Source: Asterias rubens
Taxonomy: Eukaryota
DNA: 64,000 nt
Direction of reading: 5' to 3'
Assembly: GCF_902459465.1 (NCBI RefSeq)
Contig: NC_047068.1
Location: 10,416,001-10,480,000 of the forward strand
The position numbers and the translations under genes were made by a program. The notes under the pieces were generated by a model. It did no database searches, was not told where the DNA came from, and worked only from the letters and a program-made list of their open reading frames with translations. Below, in pieces: positions 60,551 to 64,000 of the stretch (the stretch's first letter is position 1; each line of letters opens with the position of its first letter).

Positions 60551-62425
60551 TCCCTCTGTCCTTACTCTATGCTCTGTACATCAACAGCTTAATGACACCT
60601 GAATTTTGTTATGTATTTCGTTACTATACAGAGCGAAAATCAACGGTGCATACCAAACTGTACACTTATGGATACGATTTCGTTGTGTTCCCCATGAGAA
60701 AATGGCGTAAGCAATTAATGTGCACAATTGTGTTTTACAAAAACTGAATGTGAAAGTTTTATTAAAAGGGAAAAAGATACACAAAACACAAAGAATGAAT
60801 AATTATTAAGCATTTTAGTTACCACGGTGATTGGGGTTACTTTTATATCTTTCGGTTCGGTTGGGTGGAGTTACGTGGATTATTTGAACTACACGGAGAG
60901 AGAAATTATATGTTCACTAAAGATGTTGATGTTTACTAAATTTAAAGGAATATTGCAGAATTTGTAAGAAAAGACTCGTCTTTATAGACTACAGATTTAC
61001 ATAAAACCTACACTCTCTAATTATAATGAGGGATATAGGAACATCGGAATATGTTTGTCTGAACTGCCACATGACGTAATGAGAAATAAATAATAAACAA
61101 TTATACCGTTGGGAGTTTTTTTTTTTCACTCAGTGAGCGTTTATTCATGTTTTTAATCGATGTCGTTATCGGTTGTGTAATCCCATAGGCCCCATTGCTG
61201 ATCGATCTCAAACTCGTACTTCTACTGGTTTTTCAGTTTATGTTTATATGGTGGATTAAATCTGCCAGCAAAAAACAATTCTTTCATGTTCCTTTAGAGG
61301 AGAGTAAGTTGTTATGGTTGTATGAAACCTTCGTATGAAAATATCTTCAACGTCTGTGTATTGTAACGTTGAAATAAGCATTCTTGAGACTTGTGAAAGT
61401 CGTTCTAAAAGAGCTTCCGGCATAAAACGAATCGTGACCTTTGCTCCAATTTTCACGGACAACTTAGCCTACAGTATTGACAAATCGTTATAAGGAGTTA
61501 TACGTCACTGTCAATATTGTGTGGCTATAATAGAATACACATTGAATTACACAGGTTTACCATATAGCGAGTATTTAGTTACGACGTTTTATGCGGTAAA
61601 GAAACTAATCTTGTTCTGGACACTAAGTTGGTAATTACTCAAACTATATAGTCAGCATTAAAACTTACTCGGTAACGAGCAATGACGAGCTGTTGATAGT
61701 ATAAATTGTTGTGAGAATCGGCTCCTATAAGTATATGTAGTTTGTCGAAAGAGGAATTCTTATTCTCACTCAATAATAAAAGACTTTCGGTCTCTGAAAG
61801 CTATGCAACATGGCTGTTTTTTCTTTCATAAATCTCAACTCCCATGCAACTTCGACGACCAATTGAGTCCAAATTTTACAGATGTGTTATTTTAAGCACA
61901 TCTTGGATACACCAAGTGAGAATCCTGGTCTTTGACAATTACCAAAGGTGTGATGTGCCTTAAACGTAATTATGTGTCTGTCTGCCAACATATCGGCAAA
62001 TATGTTTTTGGATTTGACTTTCGAATAAAATTAAGAATATTAATCTTGGTTTTTACCCATAACCGATGTGTGTTTGCACTGTGTACTCAGTTCTTTCCCG
62101 AGTCCTGTGAAAAAATATCATGTTACTCGGGTGGGATTTGAACGCACGACCCTTGCAATTCTAGAGCAGTGTCAGATAATAATAAAAATAGACATAAACC
62201 AGAATCAATTGGACTCAATTTGTTTAAATCATTCGCCCAATATACGGCTTAAACGGAAGCCTACTAATAGTGATATGAGAATATGTTTATTTCACAGATG
62301 AATAGTTTCTTTGACATTAGGGTTTCAATCTTTTCTGATGGCCACGTGGCGGTCACAATGCAACAAAGTTGCAGCAGTCATCAGATATAGAATACCCAAA
62401 CACGTGCCCAGTTTCATAGAGCTGC

Positions 62426-62811
62426 TTAAAGGCAGTGGACACTATTGGTAATTGTCAAAGACTAGCCTTCACAGTTGGTGTATCTCAACATATTCATAAA
62501 ATAACAAACCTGTGTAAATTTGAGCTCAATCGGTCATCGAAGTTGCGAGATAATAATGAAAGAAAAATAACACTTGTCAAACGAAGTTGTGTGCGTTTAG
62601 ATGGTTGATTTCGAGACCTCAAGTTCTAAATCTGAGGTCTCGAAATCAAATTCGTGGAAATTTACTTCTTTCTCAAAAACTATGGCACTTCAGATGGAGC
62701 CGTTTCTCACAATGTTTTATACCCTCAACCTCTCCCCATTACTCGCCACCAAGAAAGGTTGTAAGCCAATAATTATTTTGAGTAATTACCAATAGTGAAC
62801 ACTGCCTTTAA
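62426..62811. mobile_element. TTAA-flanked Kolobok-type MITE, family A (AGGCAGTGGACAC TIR); related copies at 4762-5141, ~14350-14728, 21866-22258, 25540-25924, 41643-42039, 46774-47139, 49262-49709, 50035-50430, 54343-54712, 55797-56199, 57437-57773, 58900-59249, ~61620-61965, ~63480-63710
   Basis: ~370-400 bp elements with GGACACTATTGGTAATT subterminal IRs and a shared core (GAGGGAGCCGTTTCTCACAATG). TTAA duplication with purine-purine termini is the Kolobok signature. Confidence 0.85.
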
Positions 62812-64000
62812 GCACAAAAAGTAGCTAAGCGCAACAATTACAAAAATAAGGTTACCAGCCAATCTGCCTTCACAATTACAATCTGCGACTGGTATCCTGC
62901 TCATTTCTGCTTAGCAGACAATTGTTAAGCAATGTTTTCTGCTTAAACAGCTCTATGAAATTGAGCCCTGGGGACGGGCTTCCGTACATAGCAACGCCTT
63001 AACCAATAAAGCATAGTGGTTTCGACTATCAGCATAAAGTGTTAATTACAAATCTACCGAAGGTAAAATATTTAAATCTTGACTGCAAATAAGACAAGTT
63101 TCAAGGAGACAGACAGTTAATTTGCTGAGGAGATCTCGGTCTAAAGACAATTGCCTTTTTTGTATCATCACTTTGTAGTTTAAATTTCTCATTAATGTAC
63201 ACAAGTAGACGCCATTTCAAAGCCCGCTATAAACGGCTAATTATGAGAGTCTACATTTACTTATCCATTGACTAATAAGGGCATTTAGTTTCAAGTCACG
63301 CTTCGGGCCGTCTCTCTGTCATTTTAGAACGCGGAGAATTTCAACAATCTGGTTCTTTAATCTTGAAATCGCATTCCCATCCATGAACCAATTAGAGAAG
63401 TCAAGTACATATACCGGCAGGCAGACATGAAGAGAGCAAGAGGGGAGTGGGAGCAGTGTATGGAGTTTAGTTGACCAATCGTATAAAGCTGTTATTTACG
63501 TAAACGTTAAAAAAAGGGACATTGCGAAACAAAGACAGTCATTTTTATGGTGTTTTTTTTTCTTTAAATATTTCCTTGCAACTTCAATGACCAATTGAGC
63601 CCTAATTTTCACAGGTTTGTTATTTTATGCATATGTCGGGATACACCATGGAGGTACACCAAGTGAGAATGCTGGTCTTTGGCAGTTACCAAACCTGTCC
63701 AGTGCCTTTATAAGCCCATTGTCACATGTTACGTTCATCATTATATGAATTTTTTTCAATTATTCTGTAAAATTTCACAACAGGAATATCAACATATTGT
63801 CAAGCAAGTGGTTTCTCTAGCTATAGTAGGACTATAGTCCCACGATAGCTTAATATACTTTCCAATAGATCGACTATTACGCATAAGAGAGGCGCAATTG
63901 TATACCAATTCCGAAGAGTGTGGGTCGTTCTCTAATTGTCAACTCGTCCATCATTGACTGTAGTGACATCAATCATGTCTTATTTACCTCGTGTGTCTTC

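Noticed and set aside
14491-62795. Many short ORFs containing 'FLENYVTSEGAVSH' or 'KITSFSKTT...EPFLTMFYT'
   Set aside because: Translations of the high-copy non-coding family-A MITE core, with variable stops.

Overview
AT-rich, repeat-dense animal genomic DNA with spliced genes and one 140-N gap. It is probably an echinoderm (sea-star-like), but that is inferred from gene and repeat content, not shown. Left to right: (1) a 5-exon + strand gene (3922-8705) encoding a predicted type II membrane protein (TM, coiled coil, RIRR furin-type site, collagen, spongin short-chain-collagen-type NC1); (2) a complete 6-exon ARL6IP1 orthologue on the - strand (11020-18432); (3) a ~22 kb cluster (22554-44915) of nine paralogues with uninterrupted coding sequences encoding signal peptide + C-type lectin + PAN/Apple, five on - then four on +, six intact and three pseudogenes; (4) a PERCC1 orthologue on the - strand (50479-51486). 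The lectin paralogues have a nearly invariant scaffold, a hypervariable ligand loop lacking EPN/QPD, and mix-and-match 5' and 3' flanks. The rest is mostly TTAA-flanked Kolobok-type MITEs, L2/CR1 LINE fragments, tRNA-derived SINEs, Penelope relics with hammerhead-like motifs, and hairpin elements. All exon models and alignments were made by eye; no database searches were run.
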